A program made the translations under genes and the position numbers. Below are positions 15,605 through 25,475 of a stretch of 32,000 nt of DNA, one piece after another (position 1 is the stretch's first letter; every line of letters begins with the position of its first letter). The notes beneath the pieces were generated by a model. The model had not been told where the DNA came from, made no database searches, and worked only from the letters and a program-made list of their open reading frames with translations. Location: positions 300,001 to 332,000 of the forward strand of contig CAZKBG010000001.1 in assembly GCA_964551375.1 (NCBI GenBank), given 5' to 3'. The stretch comes from an uncultured archaeon (GTDB lineage Archaea; Iainarchaeota; Iainarchaeia; Iainarchaeales; JAAZKV01).

Positions 15605-17782
15605 TTGCTTGAAAATCACCTCCCTTTCCAACGCAGTCTCCACATTACCAAAAAGTATTTATCTATTACTTACCTTAGAAAACAAATGAATAAACACGCT
15701 TTATTCGCATTTATGCTGGTTTTTTTAATTTTGTTGTTCAGCACAATTATCTTTGCGGAAAATTATGCCAACCCGAAAAAATTATCAAACGCTTATTTTG
15801 AAATTACTTATGACGACAGCGATTATGTGTTTGTTTACCCTTTCGAGCACTCAATTGACAGGACAATAAAAATAAAAAATCTAAAAAATGAACAGCAAAA
15901 TATTTACCTTAAACTATCAATTAGAATAAACGGCAAAGAAGAAGAAACCCCCGCCTGGCCGCAGCCGTACGACTCAAATTACCTGCCAAATGAAGAAAAA
16001 GAAATTTTTCTAAAACAAGAATGGTTTAATGAAATCATGGCTAACTGGAGTGCCGAAAATACATATAACTATGATTTTACAGCAAAAGCAATGATTAAAG
16101 ACCATCAAGAAACTTTATTAGAGTTAAAATTGCCAAACCAAGTAAGAGTCGCCGCACTCAGAAATAATCCAAACAGCTTTCCAACCAATTCAACAGTAAA
16201 AGGAACTGTTACTGATGAAATCACAAAACTACCAATAAAAGATGCTTTTGTAAAAGTACAGCCAAATTGGCCCCCAGTAAGTAATGAAACAAGAACAGAC
16301 CCTAAAGGCGGTTTTAGCCTTGATTTTCCTGCATACAAACAAAGATACTTGCAAAGCTGGGTTGAATACAGCATAACAATAAGCGCTGATGGTTACGAAG
16401 AATACCCAATTAGCGTTGCCCCAAAAGAGAATGAAACGATAAATCTTGAAATAAAACTCAAAAAGGAAACAGAAACCGCAAATTATTCTCTGAAAAGAAA
16501 ATATGATACTGGATTGCCAACGGCAAGAGTGGCATTCTCAAAAAATGGAAAATATTTTGCAACAGTCCCATTCCACAGCTCATTAAAAGCAAACGAAATA
16601 CAGCCAAAAGCATATTTGCATCTATTTGACACCAATGGGAATCTTGTATGCAAATACAAATTGGATAATGAAATCCCAACGGTGAGCATAACTGATGATG
16701 GCGGATTAATCGCAACAGCTCACAGACCAGTTACAGACAATTGGGATGGCGGGGATTATGTAATAGTAATTGACAACAACTGCAAAGAAGTCTGGAAATA
16801 TGAAGGACTTCGAGTTGATGGAAAAGGCCCAAGCGAAGTAGTCCTTTCAGGAGATGGAAAATATCTTGGAGTGGGCACGTGGGACGGAAGGTTTTATCTG
16901 GCCGACTTAATTCAGAAAAAAACTCTTTGGACTGCAAATTTACACAACGGCCAAGTGAGGTTTATGCTCTTTGATGAAGAAAAAGGGATTTACATTGGAT
17001 CCGACCCGAATTTGTTTTATTATTCAATTAATGGGGAATTCAAATGGAAAGTAAACATTGCCTCATGGCCGTACAGCATAGCTCTTTCAGAAAATTATTT
17101 ATTTGTAGGACCTAAAGTAGGAACACGGCTGACTCTAATTAATCGAAGCGATGGAAATATTTCCTGGACTTACCCAATTGCTGCGCGCCCCGACACAATG
17201 CTAATTTCTCCTGATGAAGAGTATTTTATTTACTCCTGCTCCAACGGAGACATGACAATAAATAATGCTTTTTTTAACAAGCAAGGAAAAATAATGTTTA
17301 ATCTTCGAACCGCAAACAGCGCTGCAATCACCCCTGATAGCGAGTATATTGCATATTATGGAGGCGGTTCAGTTCGCTTAATCACAAGAAGAGGAAATGA
17401 ACTGTGGCATGAACAGCTCGACCCAGAAAAATGGCCAGCTCCAAGGGGAGGGGTATTCATTTCGCAAGATAAAACAACAATAGGGGTTGCTGATGCAGTA
17501 AACGGATATGTTTATTTCTTTGAAGGAAAAATACAAAAAATTGATAAAACAATATTTCCTGAAAATAAAATACAAAAAATTGATACAACAACACCTCCTG
17601 AAAATAACTCTGCCCAAGAAGTAAATCAAGCCCCACCAAATAATAAAAGCCAAACACCACTTCAACATATTGAAAGCAGAACTGAAGAAAATACATCAAT
17701 TTACATAATCTTAGGACTTTTACTAATTTTAATAATTGCATTTGGAATTTACAAAATTAAAAAAAATTACGCTGAGTTGTAG
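15605..17782 (+). CDS. Surface/membrane-anchored protein: carboxypeptidase-regulatory-like domain plus beta-propeller repeats
   Basis: 725 aa: N-terminal hydrophobic signal, GTVTDEITKLPIKDAFVKVQPN...TDPKGGFSLDFPAYK, repeated propeller blades (FSKNGKYFATV, LSGDGKYLGVGTWDG, ISPDEEYFIYSC, ITPDSEYIAYYGGG), C-terminal TM YIILGLLLILIIAFGIYKIKK. Confidence 0.8.
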   Translation: MLENHLPFQRSLHITKKYLSITYLRKQMNKHALFAFMLVFLILLFSTIIFAENYANPKKLSNAYFEITYDDSDYVFVYPFEHSIDRTIKIKNLKNEQQNIYLKLSIRINGKEEETPAWPQPYDSNYLPNEEKEIFLKQEWFNEIMANWSAENTYNYDFTAKAMIKDHQETLLELKLPNQVRVAALRNNPNSFPTNSTVKGTVTDEITKLPIKDAFVKVQPNWPPVSNETRTDPKGGFSLDFPAYKQRYLQSWVEYSITISADGYEEYPISVAPKENETINLEIKLKKETETANYSLKRKYDTGLPTARVAFSKNGKYFATVPFHSSLKANEIQPKAYLHLFDTNGNLVCKYKLDNEIPTVSITDDGGLIATAHRPVTDNWDGGDYVIVIDNNCKEVWKYEGLRVDGKGPSEVVLSGDGKYLGVGTWDGRFYLADLIQKKTLWTANLHNGQVRFMLFDEEKGIYIGSDPNLFYYSINGEFKWKVNIASWPYSIALSENYLFVGPKVGTRLTLINRSDGNISWTYPIAARPDTMLISPDEEYFIYSCSNGDMTINNAFFNKQGKIMFNLRTANSAAITPDSEYIAYYGGGSVRLITRRGNELWHEQLDPEKWPAPRGGVFISQDKTTIGVADAVNGYVYFFEGKIQKIDKTIFPENKIQKIDTTTPPENNSAQEVNQAPPNNKSQTPLQHIESRTEENTSIYIILGLLLILIIAFGIYKIKKNYAEL

Positions 17783-17844
17783 CGTAATAAGAAACTCCCT
17801 GGTAGAAAGCTTTGAGGGCAAACCAATTTTGCATGTAGCCAAAT

Positions 17845-18834
17845 TTAATCAGATACCTTAGTAGCAGTCCAACTAACAAACCTCGGACCGCAAAAGACAT
17901 ATTTACTAGCACCTGTTTGTGAGCTTGAAGATAAAGGCCCTGAGCCAACTGGATTCATAGCACCCCAAGTGTTGTTTGTCATAAAAGGATCTTGCGAAGT
18001 GTAAGGAATACTACTCAAATATTTTCCATCCGCGCTAACCGTATACCCAGTTGGTCCGCCAAAAGAAATTTCGGTAACATACTTGTTTTCGCTGGTTGGA
18101 ATATAAAAGATAAAACCATGTTTATTTAAAGGATCCAATCTTCGCCCATCCGGGTACTGACTACTAATATCAACAATCCCATAATTTTCTGGATCCGCAG
18201 AATCCCTCGGAAGCAAAGGCAAAATAGTTTCGGTGTACTTCAAATCATTACTATTCTCGGGCAATTCAGGAGTAACCCCACTTGCACCCGTACCAAAGTC
18301 AGGGTCATCTACCCAAAGATTTGAAACCCACACCGTGTGGTAATCCCAAAAAGTGAGCGATTTTGAATCACGAACAGGAGGAATAAAAGTTGCGCGCACA
18401 GTCAATTTTTTTGTAACTAAATCATTATCGGTTTCTTTACAATCCCTATTAGTGTGATAAGTATAAACCCCCACAAATTCATAAGTTCCAACATAAGGAT
18501 TTGTCTTTAATTGAGAACCGCAAGAATCACCAATACAACAAGCCTCGCCTTTTGGTTTGCAAAACATTCCGCAAAATACTTGCCCCTCTGGGCAATCATA
18601 GCAAGTCCCATTACCGCACCCAGTTGTGGGCTGCAAACAATAACCATTTACTGCCTCGGTCTCACAGCAAATCGCATTAGTTGGAATACAACCATCCCCG
18701 CACACCTGAAGAGAGGAAGGACACTTTGTGGTTTCACCACCCGTTTTAGTTACATTTTGATCCGTGCAACCAAATAAGAAAAAACTTAAAACAACACACA
18801 CAACAGCAAACAAAATAAAATTAGCCCGAAACAT
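17845..18834 (-). CDS. Secreted cysteine-rich lipoprotein, hypothetical
   Basis: 329 aa: signal peptide ending LFGC (lipobox-like), two equal-spaced Cys modules, no known catalytic motif. Confidence 0.65.
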   Translation of the reverse strand: MFRANFILFAVVCVVLSFFLFGCTDQNVTKTGGETTKCPSSLQVCGDGCIPTNAICCETEAVNGYCLQPTTGCGNGTCYDCPEGQVFCGMFCKPKGEACCIGDSCGSQLKTNPYVGTYEFVGVYTYHTNRDCKETDNDLVTKKLTVRATFIPPVRDSKSLTFWDYHTVWVSNLWVDDPDFGTGASGVTPELPENSNDLKYTETILPLLPRDSADPENYGIVDISSQYPDGRRLDPLNKHGFIFYIPTSENKYVTEISFGGPTGYTVSADGKYLSSIPYTSQDPFMTNNTWGAMNPVGSGPLSSSSQTGASKYVFCGPRFVSWTATKVSD

Positions 18835-18911
18835 AACACACCATAAACGCTTTTAATGTATAAATAATTAACTAAACCTATTCAAAACAATTAGAACCAA
18901 CACCAAAAAAA

Positions 18912-18995
18912 CGCTGAGGACGAGATTTGAACTCGCGCTCCCTTTCGGGAAACGGATTAGCAATCCGCCGCATTTGACCACTCTGCCACCTCAGC
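18912..18995 (-). tRNA. tRNA-Ser (anticodon GCU)
   Basis: GCTGAGG...CCTCAGC acceptor, anticodon region GGATT-GCT-AATCC, variable arm TTTCCCGAAAGGGA, T arm GCGAG-TTCAAAT-CTCGT; 84 nt. Confidence 0.93.
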
Positions 18996-19206
18996 ACAGC
19001 CTTGTTAAGGCTGGCGAAAGAACTTGTGCTGTCTTTGACAGCACAGAGAACTATTCAATATCACCAGCTATTTGTAAAGATACTTGCGTTCTAAAAAGAA
19101 TTGCATGTGGAAAGATTAAAAATAGTGCCTTTTTGGCATTTTATCGTTTTTGCAAATGATTAAAAAGCGAGTTTTCCTAATTTAACTAATAAACCAAGGT
19201 GGAGTT

Positions 19207-20754
19207 TTGTTTAAAGAAATTAATAAGTACCCAGCGCCCCTAAGGCGGTCAGTCCTTGAAGGGATGTTTACCGCAATAATGTCAGGCGGAGCGCTTGTAT
19301 TCATTGTGCCTTTTGCAGTATACCTTGGCGCAAACAGTCTTCAAGTCGGATTAATCAGCGCAGTGCCAGCGCTTCTTGCAGCATGGTTTCAATTAGGCTC
19401 GCTTAAACTTCTTGAATTTTACCAAAAGAGAAGCACAGTAGTAATATTTTCAGGAATAGTTCAGGCAATAAGCTGGCTCTTAATTGCAATTCTTCCTTTT
19501 GTCGCCCCAACTTCACAATTAAGCTGGTTTATTGCGCTCACAATAATTGGAACAGTAATAAGCTCAATTGCGCACCCATGGTGGCAGAGCTGGATGAGAA
19601 GCTTGACTCCAAAAGAAATTCTTGGAGAATATTTCGGGTTTAGAAATGCAATAATAGGATTTGTTGTATTTGCCACAACGATAATTTGCGGATTCATGCT
19701 TCAAGTAGCTGAACCAAGCTTCACGCTTTATGCATTCATAGGAATTTTTGCGCTTGGATTTATTGGAAAAATGGTATCAGCATATTTATCATCAGGCATA
19801 TACGAGCCGAAAATGGAATCAGATCCCGCAGAGAGAGTAAGCTTTTGGTTTTTTATTGAACAAATGAAGAAAAACAATTTCGGTAACTTCATGCTTTATG
19901 GAACGCTGATGACTTTTGCAATTGCAATTATTACTCCTTTCATTTCTCTTTATTTTTTAAAAGATTTGGGACTTGAGAACGATTACTTCTTTTACACTAT
20001 TTTAATCTCCGCCGCAACGCTTACTTCAATTGTTTCAATGCCATACTGGGGAAAAATAATTGACAAGCACGGGACTATAAGGCTCCTTGCGGCAACAGGA
20101 TTTTTGGCATGCTTCTACCCTGTATTTTTGATATTCATCAGGGACCCTGTTTTATTAATTGCCCTTCAGCTTTTTGACGGAGTGGCATTCAGCGGATTTT
20201 TGCTGGCATTATATAATTTTATTTACGACTCATTTGAACCGAAAAAGCTTATTTACTACTCTGCATTTCAGTTAATATTATTCGGCACTGCAACTTTCTT
20301 TGGAACGCTCGTTGGAGGATATTTACTAATGTTCCCTCTGCCAACCCTGCTTGGCGCGCTTTCACTCGGATACGCCCCAGCATCTGCTGCCCTCTCATCC
20401 GTATTTACCATTCCTTTCTTTGTAATATGCGCATTATCGTTTGTAATAAGAATTGTGGTTTACTTTGCGCTAATCTGGCAGATAAAAGATGTCAGAGACA
20501 CAAAGTATATTTCTCAAAGACAGCTTGTTATTAGCGTGTTAACATTTCAGCCAATTAGAGAATCGCTCTATCAAAATTTTTCATTAATGCTTGCAGGCGG
20601 GGTAAAGACAGTGGCAGTTGTTGAAGACGAGCTTGAAAGAGCGGAGAAATTTGCGTTTAATAAAATAAGGACTGCGAAAAAAGTCACTAAAAAGACAGTG
20701 ACAAATGTTGAGAAAGTTATTCAGAAAAAAAGAAAAGACAGAGGATTTATTTAA
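19207..20754 (+). CDS. Major facilitator superfamily (MFS) transporter
   Basis: 515 aa, about 12 TM segments, typical MFS loop residues. TTG start preceded by an AAGGTGGAG SD-like sequence. Confidence 0.8.
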   Translation: MFKEINKYPAPLRRSVLEGMFTAIMSGGALVFIVPFAVYLGANSLQVGLISAVPALLAAWFQLGSLKLLEFYQKRSTVVIFSGIVQAISWLLIAILPFVAPTSQLSWFIALTIIGTVISSIAHPWWQSWMRSLTPKEILGEYFGFRNAIIGFVVFATTIICGFMLQVAEPSFTLYAFIGIFALGFIGKMVSAYLSSGIYEPKMESDPAERVSFWFFIEQMKKNNFGNFMLYGTLMTFAIAIITPFISLYFLKDLGLENDYFFYTILISAATLTSIVSMPYWGKIIDKHGTIRLLAATGFLACFYPVFLIFIRDPVLLIALQLFDGVAFSGFLLALYNFIYDSFEPKKLIYYSAFQLILFGTATFFGTLVGGYLLMFPLPTLLGALSLGYAPASAALSSVFTIPFFVICALSFVIRIVVYFALIWQIKDVRDTKYISQRQLVISVLTFQPIRESLYQNFSLMLAGGVKTVAVVEDELERAEKFAFNKIRTAKKVTKKTVTNVEKVIQKKRKDRGFI

Positions 20755-20802
20755 TCCCCATTAATTTCAAATACTTTTTTTAAAATCTATTTATTGTTAA
20801 AC

Positions 20803-21183
20803 TTAGGGCAAAAAGGATAATTTCAACTTAAATCCTTGGCTTGCTTTAGCAGTAACAACAGTTCCAGATATTGGCTTTCTTCCTTCAGTGAAAACATGCA
20901 ATGCCCCCCACAAATCCCCTGCGGAGATTTTAAAATGCCCCGAAGAACGCATGATTTTCAAATTTGAAAAATCAATTTTCTTGAACCTGCTTCCTTCCAT
21001 TGCATTTACTGTGGCAGTAGTAAGAGAGCCTTCAGCGTCAACTACATCGCATTCCTTGACATTATTTTGTCCCATCCCTTCCTTTATGCAGGAAAGAACA
21101 TCGTCCCCCTCTTCAAACTCCAAAGTCAAATACTTCTTCTTTAGAGGTTCCTTTATTACCATTGAATCAATATATTTAGGCAT
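20803..21183 (-). CDS. PPC/DUF296-like domain protein
   Basis: 126 aa: EFEEGDDVLSCIKEGMGQNNVKECDVVDAEGSLTTATV...SSGHFKISAGDLWGALHVF, similar to the domain paired with plant AT-hook proteins. Confidence 0.5.
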   Translation of the reverse strand: MPKYIDSMVIKEPLKKKYLTLEFEEGDDVLSCIKEGMGQNNVKECDVVDAEGSLTTATVNAMEGSRFKKIDFSNLKIMRSSGHFKISAGDLWGALHVFTEGRKPISGTVVTAKASQGFKLKLSFLP

Positions 21184-21227
21184 AGCACCACCGATTTCGC
21201 TTTGATGGAATTAAGATGACAGAATTT

Positions 21228-22136
21228 TTAAGGGTATGGATTAAGGGCAAGTTCCTGTTGATTTAGGCTCTTTAATGCATTTTCCACAACTTTTCGGCTT
21301 TCAGCTGAAAGCTCGCACAGCGGGAGTCGGTATGCTTCCGCGCACATCCCTTTCATAGCAAGCATTGCCTTTATTGGAATAGGATTAGTTTCAATAAATG
21401 TGGCTGAAAATAATGGAGAAAGACGCGCATGTATTTCTTCAGCATTTAAATAATCCTTATTCAAAGCTCTTTTTACCAAAAATACTATTTTTTCCGGAAC
21501 AATATTGCTTGCAACGCTGATTACCCCATGACCTCCTGATTTAATCACTTCAAGAGTAAGCGCATCATCGCCGCTTAAGACAAAAAATCCTTGCGGGGCG
21601 CTTCTAATAACTTCTCTAATTTGATTCAAATCACCGCTCGCTTCTTTAACTCCAACAATATTTGGGCAAGTATTTGCAAGTTCTAAGAGCGTGCTTGTTT
21701 CAATATTCACCCCAGTTCTTGATTTTATATTATAAATAATAATTGGAATGCTTACTGAATCTGCAACTGCTTTGAAATGTTTAAATAATCCTTTTTGAGT
21801 CGGCTTATTATAATACGGGCTTACAACTAATGCCGCATCCGCTCCGACACTTTCAGCATACTTTGTCAGCTCAATTGTTTTTGCGGTAGAATTTGTTCCC
21901 GTGCCTGCTATTACTTTACAAACGCCATTTGCATGCTTTACGCTGAAACGAATTATTTCTTTTTGCTCGCTCTCGCTTAAAGTCGGAGCTTCGCCAGTTG
22001 TTCCGCAAGGAACAATTCCATTAACTCCTGCGCCAAGCTGCGCATCAATTAACCACCCAAGCGCGGTGTAATCAATGCTTCCGTTCATTGAAAACGGCGT
22101 AACTAATGCTGTAAACACTCCCCTATATCCTTCCAA
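21228..22136 (-). CDS. dapA: 4-hydroxy-tetrahydrodipicolinate synthase (DapA family)
   Basis: 302 aa: GVFTALVTPFSMNGSIDYTAL, GTTGEAPTLSESE, AALVVSPYYNKPTQKGL, YNIKSRTGVNI, IVGVKEASGDL. Confidence 0.94.
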   Translation of the reverse strand: MEGYRGVFTALVTPFSMNGSIDYTALGWLIDAQLGAGVNGIVPCGTTGEAPTLSESEQKEIIRFSVKHANGVCKVIAGTGTNSTAKTIELTKYAESVGADAALVVSPYYNKPTQKGLFKHFKAVADSVSIPIIIYNIKSRTGVNIETSTLLELANTCPNIVGVKEASGDLNQIREVIRSAPQGFFVLSGDDALTLEVIKSGGHGVISVASNIVPEKIVFLVKRALNKDYLNAEEIHARLSPLFSATFIETNPIPIKAMLAMKGMCAEAYRLPLCELSAESRKVVENALKSLNQQELALNPYP

Positions 22137-22221
22137 AAAACAACCCCCTTATTCACAGAATTAATACAAACACATCATCAAAACAATGCCTTGTCAATTT
22201 CGTATTAATTTTGCATTTTTA

Positions 22222-22250
22222 TTGCGTAAATTATACTAATAATTACGCAA
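22222..22250. promoter_or_regulatory. Palindromic candidate operator upstream of dapA
   Basis: TTGCGTAA-(13 nt)-TTACGCAA, perfect 8-bp arms in an AT-rich intergenic region between dapA and an Lrp-family gene. Confidence 0.45.
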
Positions 22251-22401
22251 CAAGTAATAATCAGCTAAACTTATTATAAATGCGTAGTATTAAATACGAT
22301 ATTCGTATATTAAGAATTATTTTAGTAAAAAAGCAGTAGTTTTTAGGAGAACAAAAAAAATTAAAGAATTAAAAAATTAGAACAAGCCTTGCGAGATTAA
22401 A

Positions 22402-22809
22402 TCAATAATCCTTAAGCACAGGGAAAGTTTCAGTCTGAATTACACCGTCAATTGCCCTGATTTCTTCAAGAACCAAATTCAACTTGTTAAAATCATCTGC
22501 AGCAATAATTGCAACAATAGTAAATCTGCCAGTAACTTCATACACTTTTGCCACGCCAAGCTTTTTTATTTTTTCAGAAATTTTTTGGGTGGGAACGCTT
22601 GAAGAAGTAATGATTTCAACAATTGCAGTTGTAGAAGTCGCAAGCTCAAGAGTGAATTTTTTGATTATATTATTTTTCAAAAGCTTTGCAACCCTCTGCC
22701 GAATTGTCCCTTCAGAAACGTCAAGCTCTTTTGCAATTGAAAGAAAAGGAGTCCTTGCGTCATTTGAAAGCTTTTTTATAATTGCATTATCGATATTATC
22801 TAACCTCAC
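22402..22809 (-). CDS. Lrp/AsnC-family transcriptional regulator
   Basis: 135 aa: MRLDNIDNAIIKKLSNDARTPFLSIAKELDVSEGTIRQRVAKLLKNNII (AsnC HTH) and a RAM-like ligand domain. Confidence 0.93.
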   Translation of the reverse strand: MRLDNIDNAIIKKLSNDARTPFLSIAKELDVSEGTIRQRVAKLLKNNIIKKFTLELATSTTAIVEIITSSSVPTQKISEKIKKLGVAKVYEVTGRFTIVAIIAADDFNKLNLVLEEIRAIDGVIQTETFPVLKDY

Positions 22810-22880
22810 AACAAAACCCCCCTTTCACAAATCAATTCCAATATCTATTCAGTTCCCAAAAATTTACTTACTTTTTAACT

Positions 22881-24662
22881 TTACTGCTTCTTCTCTTCCT
22901 CTTTAGGCAAAACAACTTCAATAAATAATTCCTTTAATTGCTTTGAAGTAGCTTCGCTTGGAGAATCATCCATTAATGAAGCAGCGGCTTTATTTTTCGG
23001 GAAAGCAATTACATCTCTAATTGAATCTCCGCCAGCCAAGAGCATTACCATTCTATCAAGCCCAAATGCAAGTCCGCCGTGAGGAGGAGCGCCGTATCTA
23101 AATGCTTCAAGGAAGAATCCGAATTTCTTCTTAGCTTCCGCATCAGTGAGCCCAATCATTCGAAAAACTCTTGCCTGAACTTCAGGGTCATAAATTCTAA
23201 CACTTCCCCCGCCAAGCTCAATTCCGTTAAATACTAAATCATACGCAAGCGCTTTTACTCTCAGAGGCTCTTTTTCCATAAACTCCAAATGCTCTCTTCT
23301 TGGAGAAGTGAAAGGATGATGAACAAAAGTCACTTTGTTATCAGTTTCATCCCACTCAAACATAGGAAAGTCTTTAACCCAAGTAAGACTCATTGCGCCC
23401 GGCTTGATTAATCCAAGCTTCTTAGCCAAATTCTTTCTTAAATTTCCAAGAGAATCATTCACAATCTTTGCTTTATCAGCAACTATTACTACTAAATCAT
23501 TCTCTTTCACATTTAACTTCGCCTTGAGCTGATTGAGTAAATCAGCGCTGAAGAACTTAGCAATGCTTCCTTCAAAAGTTCCGTTTTGATACTTAAGATA
23601 AGCAAGCCCTTTCGCTCTGTAAATTTTCACAAAGTTTTCCATCTCGCCAAGATCCTTTCTTGACATTTGTGCCTGTCCTTCAATATTAATTGCCTTAATT
23701 ATCCCCTTATTTTCAACAACTGATTTAAACGCGTTGAATTCTCCCTTTGACATTATTTCAGTCACATCATTTAATTCAAGCCCGAATCTCAAATCAGGAG
23801 TATCAACACCAAATCTTGCAATTGCTTCATCATACTGCATTCTTGGAATAGGAAGCTTTACTTCAATTCCCGCCATTTGTTTAAACACTCTTGCAATCAA
23901 GCGCTCATTCATTGTCATTACATCTTCTTCATCAACAAAACTCATCTCTACATCGATTTGAGTAAATTCAGGCTGCCTGTCCGCTCTCAAATCCTCATCT
24001 CTAAAGCACTTTGCAATCTGGAAATATCTATCCATTCCGCCAATCATCAAAAGCTGCTTAAATAACTGAGGACTCTGAGGAAGAGCGTAAAAGTTTCCGG
24101 GATTGACTCTGCTTGGAACTAAATAATCTCTAGCCCCTTCAGGAGTGCTCTTTGCAAGAATTGGAGTTTCAATTTCAAGGAAATTGTTCTCATCAAAAAA
24201 ATCTCTAACACACTTAACTAACTTATGCCTAAAAATAATGCTTTTTTGAAGATTTGGATTTCGAAGAGCAAGGTATCGGTACTTTAACATTAAATCTTCA
24301 TTTGAAATTGTCCGCTCTGTCAAATCAATCGGAAGAGGCGCCGCTTTTGTCAAAACTTTAACACTATTCACATCAACTTCAATTTCGCCAGTAACTAAAT
24401 CAGCTTTTGCAGTTCCAGCAGGCCTTTTTTTCACAGTCCCTTCAATCTGAAGAACAAATTCTTTTCTAATGCTCTTTGCTGTCTCGCTAATTTCAGCGCT
24501 TTTTTTGTGATCAAGAACAACTTGAGTAAGCCCGTAGCGGTCTCTAAGGTCAATAAAAGTAACATTGCCGTGATCTCTCACAGTATCTGCCCAGCCCTGA
24601 AGAGTAACAGTTTTACCTTCCAATTTGCCGTTAAGTTCGCCACAAGTGTGTGTTCGCATCAT
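22881..24662 (-). CDS. aspS: Aspartyl-tRNA synthetase, bacterial type (with GAD insertion)
   Basis: MMRTHTCGELNGKLEGKTVTLQGWADTVRDHGNVTFIDLRD...; FRDEDLRADRQPEFTQIDVEMSF; FVHHPFTSPRREH; GLAFGLDRMVMLLAG. Start placed at the internal MMRTHT. Confidence 0.95.
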   Translation of the reverse strand: MMRTHTCGELNGKLEGKTVTLQGWADTVRDHGNVTFIDLRDRYGLTQVVLDHKKSAEISETAKSIRKEFVLQIEGTVKKRPAGTAKADLVTGEIEVDVNSVKVLTKAAPLPIDLTERTISNEDLMLKYRYLALRNPNLQKSIIFRHKLVKCVRDFFDENNFLEIETPILAKSTPEGARDYLVPSRVNPGNFYALPQSPQLFKQLLMIGGMDRYFQIAKCFRDEDLRADRQPEFTQIDVEMSFVDEEDVMTMNERLIARVFKQMAGIEVKLPIPRMQYDEAIARFGVDTPDLRFGLELNDVTEIMSKGEFNAFKSVVENKGIIKAINIEGQAQMSRKDLGEMENFVKIYRAKGLAYLKYQNGTFEGSIAKFFSADLLNQLKAKLNVKENDLVVIVADKAKIVNDSLGNLRKNLAKKLGLIKPGAMSLTWVKDFPMFEWDETDNKVTFVHHPFTSPRREHLEFMEKEPLRVKALAYDLVFNGIELGGGSVRIYDPEVQARVFRMIGLTDAEAKKKFGFFLEAFRYGAPPHGGLAFGLDRMVMLLAGGDSIRDVIAFPKNKAAASLMDDSPSEATSKQLKELFIEVVLPKEEEKKQ

Positions 24663-24766
24663 CAAAAACCCCTCACTATCAATAAGAACACGAAAAAAAG
24701 AGTTTAAAAACCAAGTCAGTAGGGCGAAACAGGAAATCATTTATACCTTCAATGCGCTAATATTTT

Positions 24767-25411
24767 ATGCAAAAAAATGACGCCGCAGGAAAAAGCGCAA
24801 AATTAATTGGAATAGTTGCAAAAGTTGAGCCGCTCAAAAGAGAAGCCGGACTTGAAGTTAATTTTTATGTTGCAGAAGGAAGCTATGCAAACCCCCTGTT
24901 TTTTACAAGCCCAGCAGTGAGAAAAGCAATTGCTCAAGGAGAACTCTTATCAAAATCCCTCCCAATAGGACACATAAGATACAAGCTTTTAGAGCGCCTG
25001 CCAAATCACAACGCAGTTTATTCCGAAAATTTTAATCCCACAGGGGCAAAATATTCCTATGAAAACGGGGTTTTTAGAAAAGCAGGAGTTGGAATTAATC
25101 TCCACAAAATTGCGATGAGAGAACTTCTAAAATTGGAAGGAGGAAGAGAAACCTTACTTGCCCCTTCCGCAAACCACGCATCAAATGAATTTTTAGCATA
25201 CTTAAAGAAAATAAAAATATTAACCGCAAATCACAGCGGAACAATATACCGTTACAGCGCAAAAGAGGCGGTGAAAAGAATTAATACCCACATTAAAGCA
25301 TGGCGAAAAACCAACCGCCCAAAAACAGCGGTTCCACAAAGGCAGAGAATATTTAGAGTAAAGAGAACAAAACCAACTTCCGCGAGAAAAGCGCTCCTTA
25401 GAAAAAGATAG
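24767..25411 (+). CDS. Hypothetical protein with highly basic C-terminus
   Basis: 214 aa ORF, divergent from aspS; tail RRIFRVKRTKPTSARKALLRKR-like. Confidence 0.55.
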   Translation: MQKNDAAGKSAKLIGIVAKVEPLKREAGLEVNFYVAEGSYANPLFFTSPAVRKAIAQGELLSKSLPIGHIRYKLLERLPNHNAVYSENFNPTGAKYSYENGVFRKAGVGINLHKIAMRELLKLEGGRETLLAPSANHASNEFLAYLKKIKILTANHSGTIYRYSAKEAVKRINTHIKAWRKTNRPKTAVPQRQRIFRVKRTKPTSARKALLRKR

Positions 25412-25475
25412 CCAAAACAGCCAAGAATAGCCATTTAAACCAATAACACCAAAATAATAGTAAGGGGGACTAAAA

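Noticed and set aside
18974-19159. 61-aa plus-strand ORF
   Set aside because: It starts inside the antisense of tRNA-Ser and continues through the leader hairpins; most likely chance.
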